NCBI GenBank assembly: GCA_039679445.1
Contig: JBDKUY010000026.1
Location: 28,523-92,522, forward strand
Origin: Methanofastidiosum sp.
GTDB taxonomy: Archaea > Methanobacteriota_B > Thermococci > Methanofastidiosales > Methanofastidiosaceae
Reading direction: 5' to 3'
DNA length: 64,000 nt
The position numbers were made by a program, and so were the translations under genes. The notes under the pieces are model-generated. The model was not told the origin of the DNA. It saw nothing but the letters and a program-made list of their open reading frames with translations, and searched no databases. This document shows positions 47,573 to 56,803 of this stretch, one piece after another (within the stretch, counting starts at the first letter, position 1; every line of letters starts with the position of its first letter).

Positions 47573-49435
47573 TTGGGGATGTTTTATTTTAGGTGTGTGG
47601 TGTGTATAATATTTGTTTCGTTAGTTTTTATTTCTGGAATACAACCACTCCAATCGCAAGAGGAAAATGTCATAAGAGTTGGAATCTATGAGGATAAACC
47701 ACTTATTTTTATAGATGAACAGGACAACGTGAAAGGAGTTTATGCAGATATATTGAATTACATTGTAGAAAAAGAAGGCTGGACTATACAATATCGTTAT
47801 GGAAGTTTGGATGATTGCTTAACTTGGATAAAAAATAAAGAAATAGATGTGCTTGTGGCAGTCACATCATCTCCAGAAAGAGGAGAAATTGCTGAGTTTT
47901 CAAAGGAAAGTGTTTTTTCCAACTGGGGAGAAGTTTATTGTAGAAATAATCTAGAAGTAGATTCCTTTCTAGATTTCGAAGGTTTGAGAGTTGCAGTTGT
48001 TAAGAAGGATATTTACTATATTGGGCCTAACGGAATAAAAAATTTGATGGAGCGATTTGGGATAAACTGTTTTTTTGTAGAGGTCGATAATTATTCGGAA
48101 GTTATTGAAGCCTTAGAAAGTGACAAAGCGGATGTAGGAATTGTTACTAGGCTATACGAAACAGAGATAGTAAGTACTCCAAAAATTAAATCGACTTCAA
48201 TTGTTTTTAATCCAATAAAACTTCTATTTGCATTTCCAAAAGGCAATCCGAATAATGCCTATCTAATAGAAACTATTGATTCGGAACTAAAAAAGTTAAA
48301 GAGCGATCCAAACTCGATATATTATTCAAGCATAAACAACTATTTGGGCGGGGAAATAGGTAAAGTGGTAGTTGAAGTTTTTCCATATTGGGCAAAAGAT
48401 GTTTTTCTCATTGTACTTGGAAGTGTTATTCTATTGTCAATAGGCGGTTTGATTTTAAAATGGCAGGTAAAGGGAAAATCCCAGGAAATATGTAAAAGTG
48501 AAGATAAGTTCAGAAGTTACGTGGAAAACGCTCCTGAAGGCATATTCATAGTAGATGAAAAAGGAAAGTATGTTGATGTTAACGACGCTGCTTGCGAAAC
48601 GACTGGATACACTAGAGAAGAACTTCTTAAAATGAATTTAATTGATCTAATACCTCTTGATGATAGAGAAAATGCAGCAAAGTCATTTGCAAGTGTCATA
48701 GAGAAGGGCAAAAATTCTGCTGAAACTTCCTTTATTAAAAAAGGGGGCGAAAAAAGATACTGGATAGTCAACGCCGTAAAATTATCAGACGGCAGATTTT
48801 TAGGATTTACTAAAGATATTACCGAGAGAAAAAATGCCGAACTTGATTTAATACAAAATGAAAAGAAATACCGCACACTGTTTGAAGACTCAATAAATCC
48901 GATATGGACGACAAGTTATGATGGCACTATCCTTGATACAAATCAAGCAGCGGCGGAGCTTCTTGGATATTCCAAAGAAGAATTGATTGGGTCAAGTGTA
49001 TATGGGCTTTATGTCGACCCTGACATGAGGAAACAATTAATAGCGGAGATAAAAGAGAAAGGATTTGCCAAGGATTTCTTGGCCCACTGGAAGACAAAGG
49101 ATGGACGGCAGGTAGACCTTTTATTTAACTTCACCTTATGGAAAGACAACGAAGGTAATGTTGTGGGATATAGGGGAATAGCACATGACATGACTCTCCA
49201 TTATAGATCTGAAAAGCAACTAGATGAAAACTTAGAATACTTTGCCCACCTAATAGATCACATAAGAAATCCTTTGGCAATTCTCAGCGCTTTCGTACAG
49301 ATAAAAGTCGACGATGAAAAAACAAAGGAAGTAGTCATAAGGCAGGTGAATAGAATTGAAGAGCTATTGAAGCAGTTGGACCAAGGATGGATGGATACAG
49401 AGGATACTAGAAAGTTTCTTAAGAGACATATGTAA
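47573..49435 (+). CDS. Sensor protein: periplasmic solute-binding (SBP3-like) domain, TM, two PAS domains and a HisKA-like phosphoacceptor, with no HATPase_c domain
   Basis: 620 aa with a signal/TM N-terminus and SBP-like sequence. There are two PAS regions. The C-terminal H-box is LIDHIRNPLAIL, followed by only about 50 aa before the stop. Downstream is an AT-rich intergenic region. Confidence 0.75.
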   Translation: MGMFYFRCVVCIIFVSLVFISGIQPLQSQEENVIRVGIYEDKPLIFIDEQDNVKGVYADILNYIVEKEGWTIQYRYGSLDDCLTWIKNKEIDVLVAVTSSPERGEIAEFSKESVFSNWGEVYCRNNLEVDSFLDFEGLRVAVVKKDIYYIGPNGIKNLMERFGINCFFVEVDNYSEVIEALESDKADVGIVTRLYETEIVSTPKIKSTSIVFNPIKLLFAFPKGNPNNAYLIETIDSELKKLKSDPNSIYYSSINNYLGGEIGKVVVEVFPYWAKDVFLIVLGSVILLSIGGLILKWQVKGKSQEICKSEDKFRSYVENAPEGIFIVDEKGKYVDVNDAACETTGYTREELLKMNLIDLIPLDDRENAAKSFASVIEKGKNSAETSFIKKGGEKRYWIVNAVKLSDGRFLGFTKDITERKNAELDLIQNEKKYRTLFEDSINPIWTTSYDGTILDTNQAAAELLGYSKEELIGSSVYGLYVDPDMRKQLIAEIKEKGFAKDFLAHWKTKDGRQVDLLFNFTLWKDNEGNVVGYRGIAHDMTLHYRSEKQLDENLEYFAHLIDHIRNPLAILSAFVQIKVDDEKTKEVVIRQVNRIEELLKQLDQGWMDTEDTRKFLKRHM

Positions 49436-49605
49436 ATAAATTAAAATATCTTTCAACTTTCGTAGTATTGATCGATTTATATGGAATCTCGCCCTTTATT
49501 TTTTGATCATTGTTCTAAGGGCATTTGCATCAAATCTTTTTTTATATATTCAAGGATATTATAAAAAAGAGAGAGAAAGTCCTTATCTAACATTAACATG
49601 AGCCT

Positions 49606-49647
49606 TGTAATATAAGATAAGTTTTCTAGTTTGAGCTTATATTACAA
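49606..49647. promoter_or_regulatory. 12-bp perfect inverted repeat (TTGTAATATAAG, 18 nt, CTTATATTACAA), candidate operator
   Basis: Arms at 49606-49617 and 49636-49647, about 80 nt upstream of the permease gene pair. Confidence 0.4.
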
Positions 49648-49726
49648 CGGCTTATAAACTTAGTAAAATTATTAATCAGGATTTTCATACAATTACCTTT
49701 AAGAAAGGTAATATTATCCTAAGCGT

Positions 49727-50209
49727 ATGTTTCCAAATATTATACTACTATGGATTGCTGGAGCAATTATAGTTTTAATATCCTATTATTTTGATAAGGA
49801 AAAAACAAGGCAAGGAGTTAAAAAAGGGGTAAAAATCTTCAAGGGCCTGCTCTCACCATTTGTTAACATTATGATACTGGCAAGCTTCATTTTGGTAGTA
49901 GTTCCGCCTGAGATGATAGAGCGTTATCTTGGCGGCGAATCAGGATTCTTTGGGATAACTCTCTCTGCAATTATAGGTTCGATTACATTGATCCCTGCGT
50001 TTATAGTATACCCCCTAGCTTCAGAACTATTAGAGAGGGGGGCTTCTTACATGGTGATTGCAACCTTTATTACAACGCTTCTCATGGTAGGCGTTGTCAC
50101 ATATCCTCTAGAGAGCAAATATTTTGGAAAAAAAGTTGCTCTTGTTAGAAATGTACTCAATTTCTTTGCAGCCATTCTTATTGGATTACTAATAGGGGTG
50201 ATAATGTGA
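49727..50209 (+). CDS. Permease half-transporter A (predicted-permease/DUF318-like)
   Basis: 160 aa and 4 TM with a YLGGESGFFGITLSAIIGS motif. Its stop overlaps the next start (ATGTGA context). Confidence 0.55.
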   Translation: MFPNIILLWIAGAIIVLISYYFDKEKTRQGVKKGVKIFKGLLSPFVNIMILASFILVVVPPEMIERYLGGESGFFGITLSAIIGSITLIPAFIVYPLASELLERGASYMVIATFITTLLMVGVVTYPLESKYFGKKVALVRNVLNFFAAILIGLLIGVIM

Positions 50210-50739
50210 ATAATAAGTATCTGAAAGAATATGGGTTCATTTTAGTTTTCATTATTTTTGGGCTAGTGTCTTACTTCTATAGCTTTACATTTGGAGTCAA
50301 AGCTTCAAAAACATTCTTGAACATGTTCATAGAGATGATTTCTTTTATCCCTATAGTATTCATCCTAGTAGGACTACTGGATGCGTGGATACCTAAAAAG
50401 AAATTTGAAAAGTATATGGGGCCTGAATCTGGATTAAAAGGAACTTTGCTTTCAGTAATATTCTCAATGTTTCAGGCCGGCCCGCTTTATGGTGCATTTC
50501 CAATAGTATATATCCTTTACAAAAAGGGCGCTTCAATAAAAAACATATTCATATTTCTTGGGTGCTTCTCATCTCTCAAGATACCAATGCTAACAATTGA
50601 GACCGGTTATCTTGGATTAGAATTTACCCTTGCAAGGACAGCAATTACCGTGCCATTGTTCATAGCAATCGGCTACTTAATGGATTATTATCTAAAAGGT
50701 AAAGATTTCAAGATTACTGACCCTACAGAAGCCCAATAA
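50206..50739 (+). CDS. Permease half-transporter B (homologous to A)
   Basis: 177 aa and 4-5 TM with a YMGPESGLKGTLLSVIFS motif paralogous to protein A. Confidence 0.55.
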   Translation: MNNKYLKEYGFILVFIIFGLVSYFYSFTFGVKASKTFLNMFIEMISFIPIVFILVGLLDAWIPKKKFEKYMGPESGLKGTLLSVIFSMFQAGPLYGAFPIVYILYKKGASIKNIFIFLGCFSSLKIPMLTIETGYLGLEFTLARTAITVPLFIAIGYLMDYYLKGKDFKITDPTEAQ

Positions 50740-50745
50740 AAACGT

Positions 50746-51837
50746 ATGTTTTTTAAAGGATTAGAAAAAATTAGAGCTATGAAGCTAATCTTATCTTTTT
50801 TTGTTTTTGCTATACTTACCTTTTCAAGTCTTTTTCCGTTATCCTCCGGAGACTCTGTTTTGTATGCTTTAGATGAGGGATATGTAGTCAAAGATCTCTC
50901 GTTTGATGTAAATATAGATAGTTTTTATCTTGCAGGAGAGATAAAAGGTAGCGATAATTCATTTATAATTAAGTCTAAAGATGGACAGTTTTTAAGAGAA
51001 CAAGCAATTGAAAACTTTAAAATCTATAAAATTCTAAATGATAAGTATTCCAACACTTATTTATTAGGGGCTTCTGGAGATGGAAATAGCACTCTTGTAA
51101 AGCTTACATCAAGTCTCAGCAAAAGATGGGAAGTGAAAATAAAATTCTCGGATATGGACGCTTTATCATCTTTTACAGTAAACGATAATCAAGAAGTTAC
51201 TATTCTAGGGTATTCTACATACAAAAGAGATTCGGATACTTTTATTATAAAGGTGGACCGTAACGGAAAAGTCATTGCAGAGAAAATATTGGATATTGGC
51301 CCATTTGAAAGGCCTTATCAAATCCAAGAGAGCGATGAAGGTGATTTTTATATTACCGGCGAATCAAAAGACAAGAACTATGATATGTTCGTGTGCAAAC
51401 TTACCAAAGACTTTGAAATTCTTTGGGTTGACTATTTTGACAATGGAAACTGGGAAGATGGCGGTCTTTCTCTTGAGTTAAATAGTGAAGATGTCATCGC
51501 CACCGGTTATTCTGGAAAAGAAGGATGGTATGTTTTTGATACTGTTTTCTTAAAGTATTCCAAAGAGGGTAATGTGAGCACATTTGCCCGAAAGAGTTTT
51601 TCGGGGGGGAGTGACTGGATTAGGCAATTTAAAAGAAACGGTGATTACTATTATGTCTTTTTGTGGGACATACTTACTGGGAAAGAATACACACTAAAGC
51701 TTGACTACTACTTTGACATATTGACAAAAAATGAAATTGCGAAAGAAGAAACCCCACTCAAGATAATTAATATACGCGATAAAACTTACTTAGTATTTTT
51801 AAGACAAAATACAGTCTATATAAGGGATTTAGGATAG
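50746..51837 (+). CDS. Hypothetical secreted or membrane-anchored protein
   Basis: 363 aa with an N-terminal signal/anchor (MKLILSFFVFAILTFSSLF), rich in Tyr/Asp/Gly, possibly with beta-rich repeats. Confidence 0.45.
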   Translation: MFFKGLEKIRAMKLILSFFVFAILTFSSLFPLSSGDSVLYALDEGYVVKDLSFDVNIDSFYLAGEIKGSDNSFIIKSKDGQFLREQAIENFKIYKILNDKYSNTYLLGASGDGNSTLVKLTSSLSKRWEVKIKFSDMDALSSFTVNDNQEVTILGYSTYKRDSDTFIIKVDRNGKVIAEKILDIGPFERPYQIQESDEGDFYITGESKDKNYDMFVCKLTKDFEILWVDYFDNGNWEDGGLSLELNSEDVIATGYSGKEGWYVFDTVFLKYSKEGNVSTFARKSFSGGSDWIRQFKRNGDYYYVFLWDILTGKEYTLKLDYYFDILTKNEIAKEETPLKIINIRDKTYLVFLRQNTVYIRDLG

Positions 51838-51838
51838 C

Positions 51839-52234
51839 TTATTGAATTTCTTCTTCATTTGCAATGTGGTAAACTGTCCTAAGAGGGATTTTTAGACTTT
51901 TGGATATCTCTTTTACTGGAACACCTAGCTCATACATTTTTTTTAATTTGCTGACTGTTTCGTCGTCGTACTTGTTTGGCCTCCCGGCACCTTCTCCAAA
52001 AGGTACAAGAAGCACCCCGACACGCTCCAATGCTTTTTTGACCCTAATTGATGTCAGGGAATAGAGACTTTTTGGGCATAGGATATATTTTACATTAGGC
52101 GCATGCTCTAAGACTTCAACCATAATGTCAACTGATGGCCTCATATTGATGTAAATTTTTTCATCGTTGTTAGAAAGATCAATTCTTAATTTTTTTATAA
52201 GGTCTCTTTTATTTTTTGCGATTATCTTTTTCAA
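51839..52234 (-). CDS. Small protein with a C-terminal helix-turn-helix (putative regulator)
   Basis: 131 aa. The C-terminal segment ETVSKLKKMYELGVPVKEISKSLKIPLRTVYHI is HTH-like. It overlaps the upstream gene by 4 nt. Confidence 0.45.
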   Translation of the reverse strand: MKKIIAKNKRDLIKKLRIDLSNNDEKIYINMRPSVDIMVEVLEHAPNVKYILCPKSLYSLTSIRVKKALERVGVLLVPFGEGAGRPNKYDDETVSKLKKMYELGVPVKEISKSLKIPLRTVYHIANEEEIQ

Positions 52235-53388
52235 TCTTGAGCCCCCTTAAGTTCTTGTAAAAATTTCTTTGTTATATCTTTTTTTTCACCACTCTTGACT
52301 ACCCTTTCAAGAAGATGCTTGCTCTCTTTAGGTATTACCCCATAATTCTCCGCCCTTATCAAAGCAGAGTCAAATTCATTGTTATCTATCGAGAAAAATA
52401 GTAAGGTCTTGTCATAATCTTCTGACACCAAATAATATGAAATTGCGGCAACTAAGCTGTTCTTTTCTTTTAGGTTCATATCTTTCAGTGTGCTCATCAT
52501 CCCTTCTTTCAATAGTACAGTCTTATAGAATCTTCCTAACAGTGCCTCGTTTGGTTCCGGGTCAATTGTCGGAAACGGGCCCCCATATATTTTTCGTTCC
52601 ATATATGTTTTTTTCAGATAGAAAAGTGCTATATCCTCACATATTGCATCGACCCCAAAAGGTGCATAAGCTATTGATAGGACTTTTCTTATGTGTTTAT
52701 CATATATCGGAGGCCTGCCCAGATCAATAGTCTCATCGTAAAAATCACGTTTATATTGAGGATTTTCTTTTTTGAAAGGGGAATACTCTTTTGGACCCCC
52801 CATCATCCCGTATTCCTGGGGGATTCTCTTTTTAGAAGATGACTTGCTCTTTGATTTATCCCCAAGCATGTCCATTATCTTCCTGTAATTCTCTCGCTCC
52901 TCCTTATTTAAGGAAAAAAGAGTCTTCATGTACTCCCCAGAAAAAGAAAGGTATTTCATTATGCCTAATCTATAGACACCATCTGGACTAAAAATAAATT
53001 TTCCTTCTCCGCCTTCCTCGGTAAACTTCAGGGCTTCGTGCCCGGCATATATTATCCCCTCTTTTTCAAATCCCATAGCATCTATCAACTGGCCTATGGC
53101 AACTCTGTGTGCTGCAATAGCGTGCTGGATATTGTCAAAACAGATTTTTTTTTCCATTGCCCTTTTTCTGAAATAAGGATCCTGTGCATCCTTGATGCCT
53201 TTAATAACAAAATAAGGATTTTGATACCCCAAGAACTCTATCTTTCGCCTAATCGAGATTAATTCTTCATAATCTCTTTTTAGTTTTAGATACGTATCAA
53301 GAAAGTAGTCACTATCCTTCAATTTATCAGGGTTTACACTATACTTTAACGTATCAAGATAACTAGAAATCCTTGATATCAGACTCAT
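52231..53388 (-). CDS. Hypothetical protein (385 aa), unknown family
   Basis: Hydrophilic, with a Lys/Ser-rich internal linker. It is co-operonic with the HTH gene. Confidence 0.45.
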   Translation of the reverse strand: MSLISRISSYLDTLKYSVNPDKLKDSDYFLDTYLKLKRDYEELISIRRKIEFLGYQNPYFVIKGIKDAQDPYFRKRAMEKKICFDNIQHAIAAHRVAIGQLIDAMGFEKEGIIYAGHEALKFTEEGGEGKFIFSPDGVYRLGIMKYLSFSGEYMKTLFSLNKEERENYRKIMDMLGDKSKSKSSSKKRIPQEYGMMGGPKEYSPFKKENPQYKRDFYDETIDLGRPPIYDKHIRKVLSIAYAPFGVDAICEDIALFYLKKTYMERKIYGGPFPTIDPEPNEALLGRFYKTVLLKEGMMSTLKDMNLKEKNSLVAAISYYLVSEDYDKTLLFFSIDNNEFDSALIRAENYGVIPKESKHLLERVVKSGEKKDITKKFLQELKGAQD

Positions 53389-53496
53389 TTGTTTCGCCGG
53401 GATTTAATGTAATTGCAATAATCTTATAAGTCTATCCTTGAAAAAATTTTGCAAAATAAAAACTAAAATAAAATAATAAAAATAAAAAATATATAA

Positions 53497-54357
53497 TTAA
53501 GTAAGGTCTTTGTATACTTTATAGTCAAGCTTTAAAGTTTCAGGCGAATCCCGATTCCAAAACACGAAATAATAGTATCCTTTTTCTGGCGCAGTCCATT
53601 TTAATTGCTCATAGCTTCGTTCTCTATCGTTTGTCGAATCAACGTAGATCTTACCAACATAGTCAAAGGGGGATTTGGCCCAACTTGTAAATCCAGTACC
53701 GTCAAGTACGTACATTTTAATAAATCGATTTCTGTATTCATTCTGTTGAACACTATAGTAAATATTGATTGTTTCTCCTTTTTGCATGTATGTCACGCAA
53801 GAACCGTATTTCTCTCTACCAAAAGATAGCCCAGTACCTTTACATATGACATAATCGATATCTTCTAATTTGTCCCCGGAAACTATTGTTCCACTATAAT
53901 AAAATTCTCTAGGGAGATCTGTTGTATTGACAAATACTAAATAGTAAGTTCCGTCTTCTGGAAAAGTGTATTCAAACTCTGATTTAGTGCCTGAGTAAAA
54001 TTTCAAGTAATTATTTGGTTTTTGTAATTCTTTAGTACCATAAACGTTAACCCAATTATGCTGTATGTCAGTCATTATATACAAGTCTAAATTTTTATTA
54101 TCTGTGGATTCAAAAGAGATATCTACTTTAGTTCCTTTAGTAACGGGAATTCTATTCCACATGTAACTATTGGCCTTCACAGTATATTTTTCGTTGAAAA
54201 GAACTTCTCCTGTGCCGGAAGATTGAGAGTCTGAAGTTGTTTGTGTTTGTTGTTGGGTATTTGTTTGTTGTTGATTTGAGCCAGGTGTTGCACACATGGC
54301 TACAACTGCTACTAATACAATCAATCCAAAAATAATGAATGTTTTTTTCATCGCCAT
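53497..54357 (-). CDS. Secreted hypothetical protein with a Gln/Thr-rich linker
   Basis: Signal peptide plus QQQTNTQQQTQTTSDSQSS low-complexity stalk plus a roughly 230 aa Tyr-rich domain. Confidence 0.5.
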   Translation of the reverse strand: MAMKKTFIIFGLIVLVAVVAMCATPGSNQQQTNTQQQTQTTSDSQSSGTGEVLFNEKYTVKANSYMWNRIPVTKGTKVDISFESTDNKNLDLYIMTDIQHNWVNVYGTKELQKPNNYLKFYSGTKSEFEYTFPEDGTYYLVFVNTTDLPREFYYSGTIVSGDKLEDIDYVICKGTGLSFGREKYGSCVTYMQKGETINIYYSVQQNEYRNRFIKMYVLDGTGFTSWAKSPFDYVGKIYVDSTNDRERSYEQLKWTAPEKGYYYFVFWNRDSPETLKLDYKVYKDLT

Positions 54358-54392
54358 TACTAATAATTTAAAGTTTAAATAATTATTGTTTC

Positions 54393-55115
54393 TTAATAGC
54401 TATACAGTCTCTGGAAAGGTCTTGAGTTTAATGGGCTTAGTTTTACAAATGAATTTAGATCATATTTCTCTTTAGAGTTCATATCTGTGGAGTACTCGTT
54501 TAGAACGTTTGTTAAGAAATTAATGTCCCATTCATCAAGTGGGGATACTGAAACGCCCTTTCCAAGATTATATTCATCAACATTTCCCCTAATGTATATG
54601 GCCCCTCCGTGCATCCCGACTCCAATGTAATTACTTTCAAGTTTAGTTTTGTTTTTACACAAAACAACTATGATGCCTGAAGCCATATATTCTCCAAGAA
54701 AATCACCGGCATCTTCTCCTATTACTATGACGGGGATCTTCTCTCCAAATGCCTTCATATGAATTCCGCATCTATATCCAACTTTTCCCTTGACAAATAT
54801 CTTTCCGCCCCTCATAGCATAGCCTAAGATATCCCCTGCATCACCATGAACAACTATCTTACCATTGTTCATTGTATTTCCGACACAGTCTTGTATGTTG
54901 GAATTGACAAATATGTTTGGGCCATCCATCATGCCCCCGAGATCATTTCCTGGCACTCCATTTATTATTGCCCTTATCCCATTCTTTACTCCGGCAAATA
55001 GATACCCCTGACCATTTATATTATTCATTACTACTTCTTTTTCACCATCTTCTATTGCCTTACGTATGGACTTGTTTATCTCGGTATAGTTGAGCCCTTT
55101 GCAATTTAGAATCAT
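54393..55115 (-). CDS. Glutamate synthase GXGXG-domain subunit (archaeal GltB domain 3)
   Basis: 240 aa with repeated G-x-G-x-G beta-helix motifs (HGDAGDILGYAMRGGKIFVKG). Confidence 0.75.
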   Translation of the reverse strand: MILNCKGLNYTEINKSIRKAIEDGEKEVVMNNINGQGYLFAGVKNGIRAIINGVPGNDLGGMMDGPNIFVNSNIQDCVGNTMNNGKIVVHGDAGDILGYAMRGGKIFVKGKVGYRCGIHMKAFGEKIPVIVIGEDAGDFLGEYMASGIIVVLCKNKTKLESNYIGVGMHGGAIYIRGNVDEYNLGKGVSVSPLDEWDINFLTNVLNEYSTDMNSKEKYDLNSFVKLSPLNSRPFQRLYSY

Positions 55116-56368
55116 TTAATCTCCTCGGTGTAGGATTTTACGATGACTTCCCTCATATCGCGAGGGAGGACATAAAAATTAATTTTGTTGTTTAATAATT
55201 CTTCTTTTACAGTAGAAACGTCTAAGTTACTTCTGATAATATTGTTTAAGATACCTGCACGATCTATATCTCCAAGAAGTGCTGCGCCGATTAGTTTTTC
55301 ACCCCTAATCACAAGTTTTCTATAAACTTTCTTTTCAGAATCAAATAAAGACATTACTTCATCTTTTTCAGTAGGCGATAATAGCCCCATTGTTATCATC
55401 TGGACATCAAATATTTTAAGAGAATTCATAGGGTAAACTGTTTCAATCTTGGAATCGCCACTGGACATGTTGATTCCTGCGCAATATCCTCCGCTGTATG
55501 CATTTGGAAGAATAGGTATATTGCAATAGGCATCTTCAATAGAATTATACATTTCAGTTACATCCCCTGCTGCAAAGACATCGTCTATGTTAGTTCTCAT
55601 ATGGTCATCAACTTTTATACCTTGATTGATTGAAAGTTCTGTTTTTTCAAATGGAGACACTTCAGGTTTTACACCTTTGCAAGAGACTATTGCATCACAT
55701 GTTATGGTTTCCTTGTCAAGTTTAAGTTCAATTTTTGAATCTATTTCCTTGGCTCCAATTATTTTTCTTGAAAGCAATAAATTGACTCCTTTTTCTAAAA
55801 TCTCATTATTAAGGATTTCAGAAATCTTTTCATCACCAAGAGAACTTAATACCCCTTTGGAGCTTACTATAAGGGTCACTTCTTTCCCCATCTTATGCAG
55901 ATACTCGGATAACTTGACCCCGATTAGCCCCCCTCCAAGAACGGCAATCTTCTCTTTATTAACAAGAGATTGTTTGAGTTTCAGTGCCTCATCAATATTT
56001 GTGAAAGAATAGATCTCCCCATCAAATCCTTTAAGTTTTGGTACATTTGCTTTAGCGCCTGTTGCGATGAGTAATTTATCATATTTTATATTTTCATCTT
56101 CTAATATCAATAGTTTTTTGTTAAAGTCAACTGATTTTAGGGTCTTCCCTAGAATAGTTGATACATTATTATTAATGTAAAATTCATCATTCCTATAATA
56201 TATGCTCTTTACGTTTTCTTGGTTTAACATTTTGTATAGTTGAGGTTTTGAATAAGATATGCAATTTTCTTTAGAAATTAATATTATTTCACTTTTCTTA
56301 TCGTTACTCCTTATACCTTCAATAGCCCCAACTGCGGCCGCACCATTTCCAATAATAACATATTTCAT
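55112..56368 (-). CDS. FAD/NAD(P)-binding pyridine nucleotide-disulfide oxidoreductase-family protein
   Basis: 418 aa with GNGAAAVGA and GGGLIGVKLSE dinucleotide-binding motifs. Confidence 0.75.
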   Translation of the reverse strand: MKYVIIGNGAAAVGAIEGIRSNDKKSEIILISKENCISYSKPQLYKMLNQENVKSIYYRNDEFYINNNVSTILGKTLKSVDFNKKLLILEDENIKYDKLLIATGAKANVPKLKGFDGEIYSFTNIDEALKLKQSLVNKEKIAVLGGGLIGVKLSEYLHKMGKEVTLIVSSKGVLSSLGDEKISEILNNEILEKGVNLLLSRKIIGAKEIDSKIELKLDKETITCDAIVSCKGVKPEVSPFEKTELSINQGIKVDDHMRTNIDDVFAAGDVTEMYNSIEDAYCNIPILPNAYSGGYCAGINMSSGDSKIETVYPMNSLKIFDVQMITMGLLSPTEKDEVMSLFDSEKKVYRKLVIRGEKLIGAALLGDIDRAGILNNIIRSNLDVSTVKEELLNNKINFYVLPRDMREVIVKSYTEEIK

Positions 56369-56803
56369 CTAATCAGCCTCGTATATCAGTGCTTTGTTAG
56401 GGCAATTAAGAACGCATATAGGTACTTCCTCACCATGACAATGATCGCATTTGAACGCCTTTTCATCCCCTCTCTTTATAGTGCCAAAGGGACATACCAT
56501 AACGCACATCCAGCAACCAACACATCTTTCATTATCTATTATAACTGTTCCATCCTCGATTTTTATTGCCCCCATTGAACATGCTTTGATGCATAGAGGA
56601 TCCTTGCAATTCATACACACAATTGATCCACATACGTGTTCCTTTTGCTCAAATACCATCCTTGAGGGTTCTTTTTCCTTTTCATATTTATATGCCAAAA
56701 GAATATCCCCTGACTTAGAGTGCTTAACATTACAGTGTACTTCACATAATCTGCACCCGATGCAGAAATCTTCATTACATATTATTCTTCTTTTCATGCT
56801 CAC
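56369..56803 (-). CDS. 4Fe-4S ferredoxin-domain protein
   Basis: 144 aa with multiple CxxCxxC(x)nCP motifs. Confidence 0.7.
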   Translation of the reverse strand: MSMKRRIICNEDFCIGCRLCEVHCNVKHSKSGDILLAYKYEKEKEPSRMVFEQKEHVCGSIVCMNCKDPLCIKACSMGAIKIEDGTVIIDNERCVGCWMCVMVCPFGTIKRGDEKAFKCDHCHGEEVPICVLNCPNKALIYEAD

